A stretch of DNA of 63,124 nt from Octopus bimaculoides. Its lineage: Eukaryota. The translations under genes and the position numbers were made by a program. Within the stretch, counting starts at the first letter, position 1, and the number at the start of each line of letters is the position of its first letter. The stretch covers positions 39,799,446 through 39,862,569 of the forward strand of contig NC_068994.1 of the NCBI RefSeq assembly GCF_001194135.2, given 5' to 3'. Below are positions 37,696 through 50,958 of this stretch, one piece after another. The notes under the pieces are model-generated. The model saw only the letters and a program-made list of their open reading frames with translations, ran no database searches and had not been told where the DNA came from.

Positions 37696-39199
37696 AGGAG
37701 AAGAAGTAGTAAGGGGCCATTGTCACTAAAAACAGACAGAGTATGTTTTTCTTTTTATTACTTCGTATGTAGCTATACACATACATGCACACATGTTTAT
37801 TTATGTATATATATTATGTATGTTAATGTATGTATGTTAATGTATGTATACAGATGCATATAGAAATATTTACAGAAGAGCAGGTGCATATACATACTTG
37901 CATAACACACATAGATTTGTACACACAAACACATACACACAAACACGTAACTTATGGTAGCATTCAGAAGGGACTTAAAACAAAGAAATGAACAAATATA
38001 TATCTGTGTGTATGTGCATGTATACATGTATATATATATATGTGTGTATGTATGTGTATATATATATATCATAAGTATGCATGTGTGCTTGTACTAAATA
38101 CACACACAAGTTTACATGTATATATATCTGAAAGAGAACTGCAGATGAAGTTATTGATGTACATACGTTTTATAATGTAAATACAGATTATAGTAACTCA
38201 AATATATATATACACACTCAAGAACTAAACCAACTTCTAACTCGGCAAAACACACAGATGTGCACGCACGCACACAAACACATACACATGCACATGCACA
38301 CATGTACACACACACATATGCACATACACACACAAGCAAACACAGAAAACATGCACACTTGTGTACATACACACATAGACACATACACATGCACGCACAC
38401 ATGCACACACACACACACACATGTGCATGCATTAATATAGTCATTTGTACTTGCAAGTGTATAAATTGGTTGAAAAATTGAAGTTTATTATTCATTTTCC
38501 TTTCTCATAAATCTTTAGATTCCTATCTTTCCCTCATTGGATCATAAATATTTATCATCATGCACAGAGGGCAGTGAAAATCACACAAATGACTGTCAGA
38601 TTTGATGCTATATAATGTAAGTTTGTGTGTGTGTGTATGCTTGTAGCACGCATATTATGTGTGCATGTATATGTGTGAATGCACATGCATGTGTGCCTCT
38701 GTGTCCTATATATCTCACATATGTGTATTACATGTGTAACTTTTTCTCAGTGGTATATGATCATCTATTCAAGTTTATAGATACTTGTAGCAAGTTAGTA
38801 ACTTTTTCTTTTTAATATTAAGTAGTGGTTAACACTTCAAGTACATATGTATATATATATTTTTAAAACAACAGACTGCATCTTATAAAGTTTTGGATTT
38901 CATATACTCCATTATGATTATCAATAAAATAATAAAAGCAACTAACTAACCCTATTACTTATTGTCAAACAATACACGTATGCTTATTCAGACATGATAG
39001 AAGAAAACTGAGTGTAATTTTAAAAGTAGCATGCCAATTTTAGTGTAAATCAAGTGATAACACAAACGCAAAAGAAATTACTTTGTGTTACACAACTTTT
39101 GTGCTTGGGTAGCAACTGTTTATTTCCTATTTGCTTACCCCTAAAAAGTGTGAAAAATGGCTACTATTTCCTTCAAACTTTGCTTTTGCTACATTTATT

Positions 39200-39350
39200 C
39201 AAACCCCAAAGAATCCCTCTCAACGCATGGCTATGATGCTCCCCGACTATTCCTGTACATATTGTTAACCACAAGGGACATGCTCAAGTTGTTAAGGTCA
39301 AGCAACTGACAAACAAATCTCTGGTATTGAACAGCATATTTGTTGTAACA
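39200..39350 (-). mobile_element. partial reverse copy of the (AAT)-flanked element at 44953-45547
   Basis: TCAACGCATGGCTATGATGCTCCCC and GGTCAAGCAACTGACAAACAAATC are reverse complements of segments at 45080-45200. Confidence 0.75.
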
Positions 39351-39910
39351 TTTCTGCTTCAGCAAATCAACACTGAATCTGTCTGAGATGTAATGGAAAA
39401 TTGGTCAGTTTCAAACCATTGATGTCCATGTCACAAAAGCAGATGTTTGAAGGGAAGAGTAGTCATTTCCTTTGATTTCTTGATAGAAGCAAACAGAAAA
39501 TAACACTGACTAAAGACAAAAATAAAAAAATATAAAAATCTTGTTACATAGTGTTATGTTCATAATTGTTCTCTTGTGATATTAAAACAGATTTCTAGAA
39601 CTTTGTGAGGGATAATGTGTAGGGATGATGTTTTTGCTGGATTGAACAGTTTTGTTGAGTCAACATAAAATTAAAAGCCCTAATCACCAATCAACACATC
39701 TTTACCTACACCTTCATTGTCCATCACTTGCTAGCTTTCCACCTGTGATCCGGTGATTTTACTTACCCTAAGATACCTCCAGAATTCTCTTCTACCTTAT
39801 CCTGGAGAGTCCTCATCTACACCGAATCACTATGGACTTTTCACCTTCTAGGTTTTTCCTGGCTTCCTATAATATTTGTGTGTATGTGTGTGTATGCGTG
39901 TGTGTTGGAA

Positions 39911-39942
<32 letters not shown>

Positions 39943-42900
39943 AGCATGTATGTATGTGTTTATATATATATATATATATATATGTATAAATAGTAGCATT
40001 GTTATTTCTAAATCTCTCAAAGAGAGATATTCAGTAACAGTTCTTTAAAGTCAAGACTATTTACCAACATAATGTGGCTGTCCTGGAAAGGACGATTGTT
40101 ACTGTTGTTTATCCAAGCAGCTACTCTGTATTGATAAAGGGCAATAACTCAGAAACCGGTCCACAGATGTTGCTTTGTGCTGGATGGGGGTGCTGGACAC
40201 CCTGTTCAAAAATATAAGGACTCAGATATTGTGTCATATAGCCAGCTGGAAACGATGTTTCCTGGGGCTAAACAACAGCAACAACCATCCTTTCCAGGAC
40301 AGCCATATTATGTTGGCAAATAGTCTTGACTTTATATATATAGTACAGCCTGCTTCTTGAAACGTTTGCCCGTAATGACAGGTTTGCTTATCATCAAGCA
40401 GGCCACACTACTAAAAAAATTCAAGGAAGTTTTTCTTTGGCATGCTATTCAGAAAGTCCCATAGGCCACAGTTAACCTATGACTGCAATAAGGGGTAGAG
40501 AATTGAATCCCATTAAATGAAGATCTTGTGGAAGTGATGCTGTAGTCAAGCAAAAGTTTCTGATAGAGCCTGTACTGCCTGAATAAAATTAGTGTTTGAA
40601 TTATCTGTTGTCTTTATGGTAAAAATCTGGGTTTGTTGCAACGATAAAATTTTCCAGGCCCTACATTGAAATGAAGAAATATTTTTGGAATTTTTATTTA
40701 GTAAATTGTTCTTAGCATAAGTGCAGGAATAAAATTCGTTTCGGGGGTGCAAATGCAGTTTTTCAGGAGCATGCCCAAAGCATTTTCATTGCTCCATGAA
40801 AATTTTAGCAGGAGCACTTGCATCCTCTACACCATCTGTTCCTGAGTCTATGGCTCTTAGTAAAGAAGACAGCAAAGATTTCTTTGAGCATAAATTGCAA
40901 TGCCTCATCATCGTTTTAATGGCCACTTTTCTATGCCTTTTCCTTCTTTGCCTATTTTTTGAAGAAACAAGATGTTTTCAAGTTCTCCCTCCCATTTTTA
41001 ACTTTAAATTCACTCAGTTGAATCAAATATCTTATACTTTTTATAAGCTCATATAGAGAGAAACATATGGCCATTTGTAACAAATCATTTTTATTTAAAT
41101 TTAATGTAATATATTATATTATTTTCAACTTCTAAACTTCTCTTTAGTCCCTTAATTGAATAAGGGTTCTAATTCATAACTAACCTTTCTTGTATATTTG
41201 TGAACGTATGTACATAAATATATGTGTGTGTATTTAAGCAACTGTGTGTGTGTGTGTGTGTGTGAGTTTGTATGTGTGTGAGTTTGTATGTGTGTGAGTG
41301 TGTATATGTACATATTTACATATGTATGTATATATATATATATGTATGGATGGATATATGCTTGTATATACACACACACATACACATACACACACACACA
41401 CATACACATTCACACAACATGCACGCTCTCACAGAGGCATACAAGGCACACACCAGGTGTCCCCAAACATTTTTGTCATTCATTCCTTTCTTGGAAAATA
41501 ACCCACTCCTGCAATATAAATTGATAGCAGAGACCAGAAAAAGAAGGGGGGGGGAAAACCCCATAACTTTGTAACAGAGAGGGAACAAATATAAGAGAGG
41601 AAGGGGAAGAGAGAGATACAGTAAGACAGGACAAAGGAGGAGACAAGGAAAGAAAGAAAGAAAGAATGAGAGAGAGAGAGAGACGTGTCTTGTGTTTATA
41701 TGTGCCTGTAGAAGCGTAATTCTATGAATTCACTCTCTTTTTCTATATTTTTTTATTTTTTATTTACACATGAAACCAATTTATTTCCACATCATCTAGT
41801 GTGTCATTCCGCATTCTTCACCCACATTCAATCAACTATTCTCCTTGTTCGTCCATATTTGAGAGGAGAGCCACGAATATGATGAATGTGTGCATTTGTG
41901 TACGCACATGTGTGCACATGTGTGTGTACGTATGTACATATATGTACATGCATGCTTATGTGTATGCATAGACATGTATATATATTGATACATATGTATA
42001 TATGTATGTATATAAATATATATATAAATATATATATATATGTATATATACATATATATATGTATATGTATGGATATATATATGTATATATATATGCATA
42101 TGTATATACATGTGTATATGTATATATATATGTGTATGTATATATATATATATATATATNNNNNNNNNNNNNNNNNNNNNNNNNNNNNNNNNNNNNNNNN
42201 NNNNNNNNNNNNNNNNNNNNNNNNNNNNNNNNNNNNNNNNNNNNNNNNNNNNNNNNNNNNNNNNNNNNNNNNNNNNNNNNNNNNNNNNNNNNNNNNNNNN
42301 NNNNNNNNNNNNNNNNNNNNNNNNNNNNNNNNNNNNNNNNNNNNNNNNNNNNNNNNNNNNNNNNNNNNNNNNNNNNNNNNNNNNNNNNNNNNNNNNNNNN
42401 NNNNNNNNNNNNNNNNNNNNNNNNNNNNNNNNNNNNNNNNNNNNNNNNNNNNNNNNNNNNNNNNNNNNNNNNNNNNNNAATATACATGTGTATATATATG
42501 TGTGTATATATACATATTTATATAAATGTATGTATACACTTATATATATATACATGCATTTATACATATATGTATATACATGTGTGTATATATATGTGTG
42601 TGCGCGTATGCATGTGCACATGTGTATGTGCATGTGTGTGCACGTATAAAAACTATTCATACAGGCAGCACTACTTTCATTTACATTACCTGGCCATCCT
42701 TTACAATTTGCCAACTGAGAATTTGTAAACACTAAACCCCTAATATCTGTCCCACGCCACTCTACTGTAATATTTGTCTATGGCTCTAATGTTGTTGTTA
42801 GTTTTGATGTCATTGTTATTTAACCCTAGGTCAGCCATGATTTAGTTCACCTATGATATGATGGAAGGCATTCAATCTAGTGATAAAAAGCATCATTGTA

Positions 42901-43534
42901 TTTTTTGGTATGTTTTTGCATACACACTTAGAACTAATACTTTCCAATATAATCTCCCTTTTTTTTAATTTTTTGTTTTGAGATGATAGCATGTGATTTG
43001 AGAAAATTTGGTTGTTATTTCTAGTATTCTGGGTGACCATGTAAAGGTTACTTCTCTGGCTAAATTTGTCAGTAATGTTTCAATTTTCTGTATTGTATTG
43101 ATATATATCCACACATGATATTATTAGATTTGGTCTTGTACACATTTAATATTGTTCACTGTGGGAGGTCTGTTAGTTTTCAGAATATTACCCATATATC
43201 CGCATATTCATTGCCGTTTCTTTACTTTCCTATTTTTCTCACACCCCCCCCCTCCATTTTTTTTTTTTTTTTTGCAATGGGTGTTAAAAGTAACATTGGG
43301 AAAGTGAAAGTAGTATAACCTTTTGCTACAACAATAACAGATGCTCCAGAATAATCAGTCATTTGTGTTGTTGCTATAGTTACAAGAGAGGTCATGCAGA
43401 GTACAATTAATGTATTAGCCCAATTTTGAGGTGAAAACTTATACCACCAACATAGAGCAAGCTAAACAACTGCTGACCACCATTTGTGTCCAAAAATTGA
43501 AATGATTTACGAAGTAGGGTGCATATAGTTTTTT

Positions 43535-43588
<54 letters not shown>

Positions 43589-43619
43589 CTCCTGTATGGC
43601 GTTACATATGTTACATACG

Positions 43620-43790
43620 TCTCCTGTTGCTGAATGGCTAAGAAGTTTACTTCACAACTATGAGATCTCAGTTTCAATCCTACTGTGTGGCATTTTGGGC
43701 CAGCATTATTTTCTATAGCCTTTGGTAAACCCATACATTGTGAGGAAAATAGGGTAGGTAGAGGCTGTACAAAACCCTGTCAGGTAGATC
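43620..43790 (+). mobile_element. SINE family A 5' fragment
   Basis: GAATGGCTAAGAAGTTTACTTCAC...GTTTCAATCCTACTGTGTGGCATTTTGGGC...CTATAGCC. Confidence 0.6.
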
Positions 43791-44569
43791 TCACCTGTAA
43801 TTTAAAAGGTATAGCTTTGTTCTCCACTGTATCTTACTGATTCTTTGAGAACTACCGTAATGATACTTGTAACTATGGAACGCTCAGCCACTAACATCTT
43901 AATTCAGAGGCAGGTAATTCAGTTTTACTGAATCCTCAACAACAAACAATGGAGTTCCACCTCCACCACATTATTACAAATCATCAATGTAATATTTCTC
44001 TTATCACTAGTCTGACAAATATGAAGATAGTTATGTTTGTAGAGGAGGTCTTATAAGTATGAACATGTCCAAAGTTATCCTCTATGCTTGTCAAGATTAG
44101 ACTAAAATCATTATTACCATATTTGATGGCTTAAACGATGCACTTTTATGCAAAAAACAAAAATGTATAAAAAAACTCAACCCCAGAGCCCTGTTTGTGA
44201 AATTAGCCCTATATTACATGCTTTAATGCACTCAAAGCATTTTTGCTCCATATACACAGCTAAAATTGCTGTTTGTCTATTATGCTCATGCATCTCTTAT
44301 GCTATCCAGTATGGTTGTCTATTAGTCATTGAGCTAATGTATTTTCCTTTTTCTCTTCACCACATGAATACAATTACCTAATTAGATTTTTTTTCCGTTA
44401 TTACACTCTGATGGTAATGACTTAGCTGTTATCTTTCATAGAGATGGTGTCCCTAAATAATTTCACACTGTGATTATAATATACATGGTGGGCCAAAAGA
44501 CAAGCACAAAATAACTTCCATACACTCCAGAACTGTGAAAGACATGTTTCAAATTCTCTAAAATTGAAT

Positions 44570-44845
44570 GTTTGTTCCTTCTTGAGCCATGCCTGGCTCA
44601 TAAGGACTGGTTTCCTGGTTTCATTGATGCCAGTCCATCGCAAGGGAGCTGCTAGATGCAGGAGGAAAGAGTGAGAGAAAGTTGTGGCGAAAGAGTCAGC
44701 AGAAGTTCGACATTACCTTCTGCCAGAGCCGAGTGAAGCTTAGGTGTTTCACTCATAAACACACACATCGCCCAGTCTGAGATTTGAACCCACAATCCCC
44801 CAACAGCAAGTCCGCTGCTCTAACCACTAGGTCATGTGCCTCCAC
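44570..44845 (-). mobile_element. tRNA(Arg-like)-headed SINE family C
   Basis: Minus strand begins GGAGGCACATGACCTAGTGGTTAGAGCAGCGGAC (A box) and later GGGTTCAAATCTC (B box), followed by a non-tRNA body and AACAAAC tail. Not a tRNA gene: no acceptor 3' strand. Confidence 0.75.
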
Positions 44846-44910
44846 TTAAACATGAATAAGATAAATAAAATAATGTTGAATACACACATACACGATGAAC
44901 AAAATGAATG

Positions 44911-44952
<42 letters not shown>

Positions 44953-44953
<1 letters not shown>

Positions 44954-45547
44954 CCTAATGCAGTACCAGGCAGTGGTTCTCATGGCTTCTGATGTTAACT
45001 AATTGGACGTGTTATCATGTACATTGTTTTATCTTGGTATAAAAGATGGGCTACAGCAAATATTTTGGTCAATACCACAGATTTGCTTGTCAGTTGCTTG
45101 ACCATGACCAGTTGAGTATGTCCCTTAGTGGCTGACGATATGTGCATCTCTGATCATGAGCAGAAGTAGTGGGGGAGCATCATAGCCATGTGTTGAAAGN
45201 NNNNNNNNNAGTGGGGGAGCATCATAGCCATGTGTTGAAAGGAATTCTTGATGGTTTGGATAATTCACCTCTGGAAACATAGGTGTTTTGTTCAACATCC
45301 TTACACAACCCTTATTCAGAAACCCTTTGAGCAGGATGGGCTACTCGACATGAAAAAAATTCTAGCAGGGCCCTACTTGCAAGATCATGTTCTATTTATC
45401 TTGATGTGAGATCACTATGTCACACACATATGGTTGTCATGCAGGTGCCTGGTGTACCCTTATCAGATGGGTAGTCATCGGGGGTGTATTGGGCTTTGTA
45501 TATTTTACCCCAGAGTCACTTTGATGTCATGCACTGCTCTCTCACTC
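44953..45547 (+). mobile_element. noncoding retroposon-like element embedded in (AAT)n
   Basis: About 600 bp bounded by (AAT)n at 44908-44952 and from 45548 onward; partial second copy at 39200-39350. Confidence 0.65.
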
Positions 45548-45569
45548 AATAATGATAATAATGATGATG

Positions 45570-45631
<62 letters not shown>

Positions 45632-45632
<1 letters not shown>

Positions 45633-45812
45633 GTCCTTCCTACTATAGACACAATGCCTGAAATTTGGAGGAGGGGTACTTAATTTATCGACCCCGAATG
45701 GATGGAAGGCAAAGTCAACATTGGCGGGAGTTGAACTCAGAACATAGCAGCAGACAAAAAGTACTGCTAGACATTTTGCCCAGTGTACTAATGATTCTGC
45801 CAGCTTGCCTCC

Positions 45813-45813
<1 letters not shown>
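45632..45813 (-). mobile_element. SINE family B copy between (AAT)n tracts
   Basis: GGTACTTAATTTATCGACCCCGAATGGATGGAAGGCAAAGTC. Confidence 0.88.
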
Positions 45814-45846
<33 letters not shown>

Positions 45847-45857
45847 TAATAATAATA

Positions 45858-45904
<47 letters not shown>

Positions 45905-46186
45905 ACGGTAATATAAATAATGTCAATTGTTTTGGTGTGTGACTTTTCGCCCTCCCATTATTTTACAGCAATTAAATCAGTATTAAGAATATATAATGTA
46001 ATGAGCATTAAAAATCTAATAAGAAATAATTATGAGGTAAGTAAAAAAAACATTAGCTCAATATATTTTTATAGCTTCAGTAAGTATGGGAGACAACTCC
46101 AAACATATTTAAATTTTTATTAGTGAAGCAAAGATTTTATAACAAGCGATGAGAAAATCAATAAATAAAATATACAATATCGAATA

Positions 46187-46439
46187 CAGTAATCCCTCTC
46201 GATATCGTGGTTCACCTATTGCAGTTCCCTTATCATGGTTCACCTATCGCAGTTTATTATTTAAGCTTACGTAGATTCCTCCGTGGTGTTGTTTTGCGTT
46301 TATAATAAAATAAATATATACAAATTATAAAAAAATAATTTTGAAAAATATAAAGTACAGTACTGTTTCTACTTCTCAGATTTTCACCTATCATGGTGGG
46401 GTTTAGAACTCAACACTCGCTATAGTCGTGGGATTATTA
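46187..46439. mobile_element. Tigger/pogo-type MITE
   Basis: TA-CAGTAATCCCTC at the left end and GTGGGATTATTA-TA at the right end (decayed GAGGGATTACTG). Internal repeats of CACCTAT(C/T)GC. Confidence 0.7.
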
Positions 46440-46809
46440 TACCTATTAAGTGTGTGTGTGGCCCAGTGGTTAGGGTGTTGGGTTCATGATCGTTCATGAT
46501 CATAAAGTCATAGGTTCCAATCCTGGACCGGGTGGTATACTGTGCCCGTTGGCAAGATACATCATTTAGAATTGTTTTGTTGAAAATAATTATTACAATC
46601 ACACACACCTACACAAACATATACATACACAAACTCATTAGAGGAAATAATTACTGCCTGAGTGTATCAAGAATATAAAACGACTGCAGTTGAAAGGTAT
46701 ATTATAAATTTGGTAATAAAAGAATTATTAAACGAAAATCTTGGTTTTGTACCTTATTTATATATAAAATACTACAATTAGCTGTCATTTTTGATGGCAC
46801 GGAACCAGC

Positions 46810-47005
46810 TAGTGTGTGTGTGTGTAAATATAAATATACAACAGGCTTCCACACAGTTTCTTATGAGCAAATTCACTTACAACGCATAGGTGAGCCTGAG
46901 GATATAGTAGTTGAAGACTCTTGCTCAAGGTTCCACAATGTGGGACTGAACCTAGAACCACCTGGCTGCAAAGTGAATTTCTTTACAACAGAGCCAAAGG
47001 CATGA
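46810..47005 (-). mobile_element. SINE family A 5' half
   Basis: AGTTGAAGACTCTTGCTCAAGG...GTGGGACTGAACCTAGAACC. Confidence 0.7.
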
Positions 47006-47484
47006 TCAGTTTGTATTTTTTAATATGAATGTGTAGTAGCTGTTGTTGTGGCTTAGCTTCAAGTCAGCTTTGATTAAATAGACTCCTGATCCAAGGTATT
47101 CCAACTATGACCACCCCATCTGCTTTCCAAATTTAATATATTAAGGATTACATCATGCAATACGTCTCCCTTTTTATGATGGTTTGAGTGTGAAAAAAAG
47201 GAAGATTTGGCAACTAATTCTAAAAGGTCAACTGACCACATAAAAATTTTACATTTCTATCCTAGATAGATGAAAGGAAAAATGAGTCCCTAAGGAATGT
47301 GAACCCCAAACTATTAATGTTACATCAAGTAAATGATTTAATATTGTTTTCTAACATTTACAACAGAGCTATAATGTTTTATCAGTGCATGCATGTGTAT
47401 GTGAAGGTAGAAGCTAAAGTGTAGCAAGGTTTTAAAGTTAGTGGGAGTAAGCACATATACAAAAAGGCACTGTGACACATACTC

Positions 47485-47681
47485 TTTTACTTGTTTCAGT
47501 CATTTGACTGCGGCCATGCTGGAGCACCGCCTTTAGTCGAGAAAATCGACCACAGGACTTATTCTTTGGATGCCTAGTACTTATTCTATTGGTCTCTTTT
47601 GCCGAACCGCTAAGTTACGGGATGTAAACACACCAGCATCAGTTGTCAAGCGATGTTGGGAGGACAAACACAGACACACAA

Positions 47682-47726
<45 letters not shown>

Positions 47727-47893
47727 TACGACAGGCTTCTTTCAGTTTCTGTCTACCAAATCCACTCACAAGGCTTTGGTTGACCCGAGGCTATAGAAGA
47801 AGACACTTGCCCAAGGTGCCACACAGTGAGAATGAACCCGGAACCATGTGGTTGGTAAGCAAGCTACTTACCACACAGCCACTCCTGCACCTA
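47485..47893 (-). mobile_element. SINE family A, full-length young copy
   Basis: Minus strand reads GCAGGAGTGGCTGTGTGGTAAG (A box), CCGGGTTC (B box region), GTGGCACCTTGGGCAAGTG (CORE-like), internal (TA)(TG), and tail CAGTCAAATGACTGAAACAAGTAAAAGA. Confidence 0.92.
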
Positions 47894-48206
47894 TAGTCAC
47901 TCCTCAAACAATTTTTAACTCCTTTCTCTTATAGTACATGAAATATCTCATCAGTTATAACATACATAATTGTATTCTATATACATTAATTTGATGTTCC
48001 AATAACAATCTCATTATGCATTAAACTTACAACTACTGATATAGGTAACTAAAATGGTTTTAAAAAATTGTTGAAAAGGCACCAGTTTTGAAAAATGTGC
48101 TTGGCGAGAGCAGTTGCTCCCCTTGTTCTACTATTAGCTACTCCACTAGGTGGAGGTGAGTATAAGTGATTAAATCTACCCTAGCATGAGACAGATATTT
48201 ATATTG

Positions 48207-48650
48207 GTTTCAAATTTTGCCACAAAGCTAGCAATTTTGGAGGAGGGGATAAGTTAATGACATCGACCCCAGTGTTCAAATGGTACTTAATTTATCAACC
48301 CCAAAAGGATCAAAAGCAAAGTCGACCTCAGTGGTATTCGAACTCAGAACATAAAGGCAGATGAAATACTGCTAAGCATTTTGCCCAGCATTCTAATAAT
48401 TCTGCCTGATCACAATCTTGCTCTGGTATTTATCATATTCTTTTCTACTCTAAGCACAAGGCTCAAAATTTTGGAGGAAGGGGCCAGTCGATCAGATCAA
48501 TCCCAGTATGCAACTGGTACTTAACTTATCGACCCTGAAAAGATGAAAGACAAAGTCAACCTCGACAGAATTTGAACTCAAAACATAAAGACAGACGAAA
48601 TACCACTAAGCATTTCGCCTGGCATGCTAACGATTCTGCCAGTTCACCAC
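48207..48650 (-). mobile_element. two tandem SINE family B copies
   Basis: Reverse Meta domain occurs twice (48280-48330 and 48515-48565). Confidence 0.88.
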
Positions 48651-49078
48651 TGGTACTTATCATACTGGACCCAAAAGGATGGAAATCTAAGTTAACCTTG
48701 ATTTAAAGTCAGAATATAAAGGTCTCTAGCAAAATATCACATGGCATATTTTATCTCACATGCTAATAACCCTGCCAATCTATAGTGAATAACATTGTTG
48801 ATTTCTAATGCAGGCACAAGGCAGTACATTTCAGTGTGACAGTATGATATTGAACCCAGTGCACTACTGTTATTTTATTTTATTAAATCTAGAAGAATGA
48901 CTGGAACATAGAACTTAGTAAAGTGTACCATAAGACGATATTCATAAGTGTATTAGGTTAGTTATTTGGAGATGGAACCGTCATCATTGTTGACATTGTT
49001 GTCATCATGATTTAATGTCCACATTTCCATGGTTGCATGGGTCAGACAAAATTTATTGCCACAGATTTCCTATGGCCA

Positions 49079-49241
49079 CACTCTCTGAGTGGTTGGCGTT
49101 AGGAAGGGCATCCAGCTGTAGAAACTCTGCCAAATCAGATTGGAGCCTGGTGTAGCCATCTGGTCCACCAGTCCTCAGTCAAATCGTCCAACTCATGCTA
49201 GCATGGAAAGCGGACGTTAAACGACGATGATGATGATGATG
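49079..49241 (+). mobile_element. young RTE 3' end inserted antisense into an older RTE-tail element
   Basis: TSD ATGGCCA at 49072-49078 and 49242-49248; (GAT)n tail. Confidence 0.8.
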
Positions 49242-49289
49242 ATGGCCAGACATGTTTTATAATGGTGATGGTCATTTACAATCATCACA

Positions 49290-49500
49290 TGATGTCACGA
49301 CTAGGATACAGACACACAGAGGAATGCATATATATATGATGGACTCTTTTCAGTTTCCATCTATCAAATCCACTCACAAAACATTAGTCAACTTGGAGCT
49401 ATAGTAGAAGACTCTTAGCCAAGGTGCCACACTGTGTGACTGAACCTGAGATCATATGGTTAAAAGCAAGCTTCTTAACCACGCAGCCAAGCCTGAAAAT
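49290..49500 (-). mobile_element. SINE family A 5' half
   Basis: CAGTTTCCATCTATCAAATCCACTCAC...CTATAGTAGAAGAC...AAGGTGCCAC. Confidence 0.8.
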
Positions 49501-49931
49501 GATCATTTCTAATTAAGGCGCCAAGGCCAGCAATTTTGTGAGATGGGTGTTAGCTGAAATCTCTTTAATCATTGTGCAAATAAGACTGATTGGTGGCTAA
49601 ACAGCAAGAGAAAAATACTGAGAAATTATTTAAGAATATTCTATAAATTTAGAAACAAGGCAACAAAATTAGAGAATGAATTTAGCTGTTAAAAAAAACA
49701 AAAAACTGCAGCACATATATGCAGCTATCAGGAATGTTTCTTCAGTATGTAAGCAAGACTAGCAGAGTCTATCCATGGTAAAGTAGTGAATATTAATTAC
49801 TAATATATCTAATATATATTGTTAATGATTTCTAATTCATTATTAAAAGAAGTTAATGGATAAAATTCAATCAACGAAATGCCTAATATTACGGTATTAG
49901 ACACAATTTTCTTTTGCATTCATTTCAACCT

Positions 49932-49981
<50 letters not shown>

Positions 49982-50033
49982 GTGTGTGTGTGTGTGTGTG
50001 TGTGTGTATTATTATAATGAAGAACAATCTACA

Positions 50034-50175
50034 CTAATGATAATATTTAATGCATTTTGGAGCTCAACTTATGCTATGTTGTTTAATTTCATTATATATT
50101 AGTGCATGTATATATGCATGTATGTATATACATATGTGTCTGTGTGCTTGAGTGTGTGTGTGTGTGTGTACATGC

Positions 50176-50212
<37 letters not shown>

Positions 50213-50340
50213 TACACATATATATATATAGGCATATTCAAGTACACATACACAAATATATATATTTATACTAATGTGTGATGAAATTAAAAATCATGCC
50301 ATAAGTTAAGCTCCAAAAATGCATTAAATATTGTCATTAG
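50034..50340. repeat. inverted repeat with 70-bp arms around a microsatellite spacer
   Basis: 50034-50102 versus the reverse complement of 50271-50340 gives about 60/70 identities by manual alignment. Confidence 0.85.
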
Positions 50341-50858
50341 GGTCGATTGATTTTTGTGTTTGGCTCAGTGTAATTTACAAAGTGAAGCGTGCATGCATGT
50401 GTCACCTACCAGGCCTCGAATAATTGAACGAATTTTCAAAGACGCTTTATAGCAGGCCAACATATAAAATAATAAAATCAAATACACATAAATACACACA
50501 CAAACACACACACACATATATTGTATATGAGTAGGTGTATGAATACACATGTGTATATATATATATATATATGTATGTCCATACAATTGCTTAAAAAATA
50601 CAAATGTGCATTTGTCATTCTGTGTATATTATAGTATTTACGTTTGTCTATATACACAACTAGTTACAACACATTCAGTCTATTCTTATACAGAACGATG
50701 AATACATAAACACACATACACACACACATATATATATTGTATAGGACATATATATATCATATATATATGCTTTTATACATATATTACATATATATATATA
50801 TACATATATATATATAAAATCAAAATAAACAACATATATATATGTATACATACATACA

Positions 50859-50912
<54 letters not shown>

Positions 50913-50922
50913 CACACACATA

Positions 50923-50958
<36 letters not shown>

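Noticed and set aside
42690-42746. Minus-strand donor CAG|GTAATG with possible 25-57 nt exon; similar weak candidates at 4345-4559, 10623-10700 (+), 19922-19975 (+) and 39766-39870
   Set aside because: Each lacks either a good partner splice site or an open frame, and none gives a recognisable peptide.
44780-44845. tRNA-like sequence, and similar heads at 46460-46530 and in all SINE A/B copies
   Set aside because: A and B boxes run into SINE bodies with no complete cloverleaf, so these are not tRNA genes.
45168-45241. AGTGGGGGAGCATCATAGCCATGTGTTGAAAG repeated twice
   Set aside because: Identical copies on either side of a 10-N gap indicate a scaffolding overlap.
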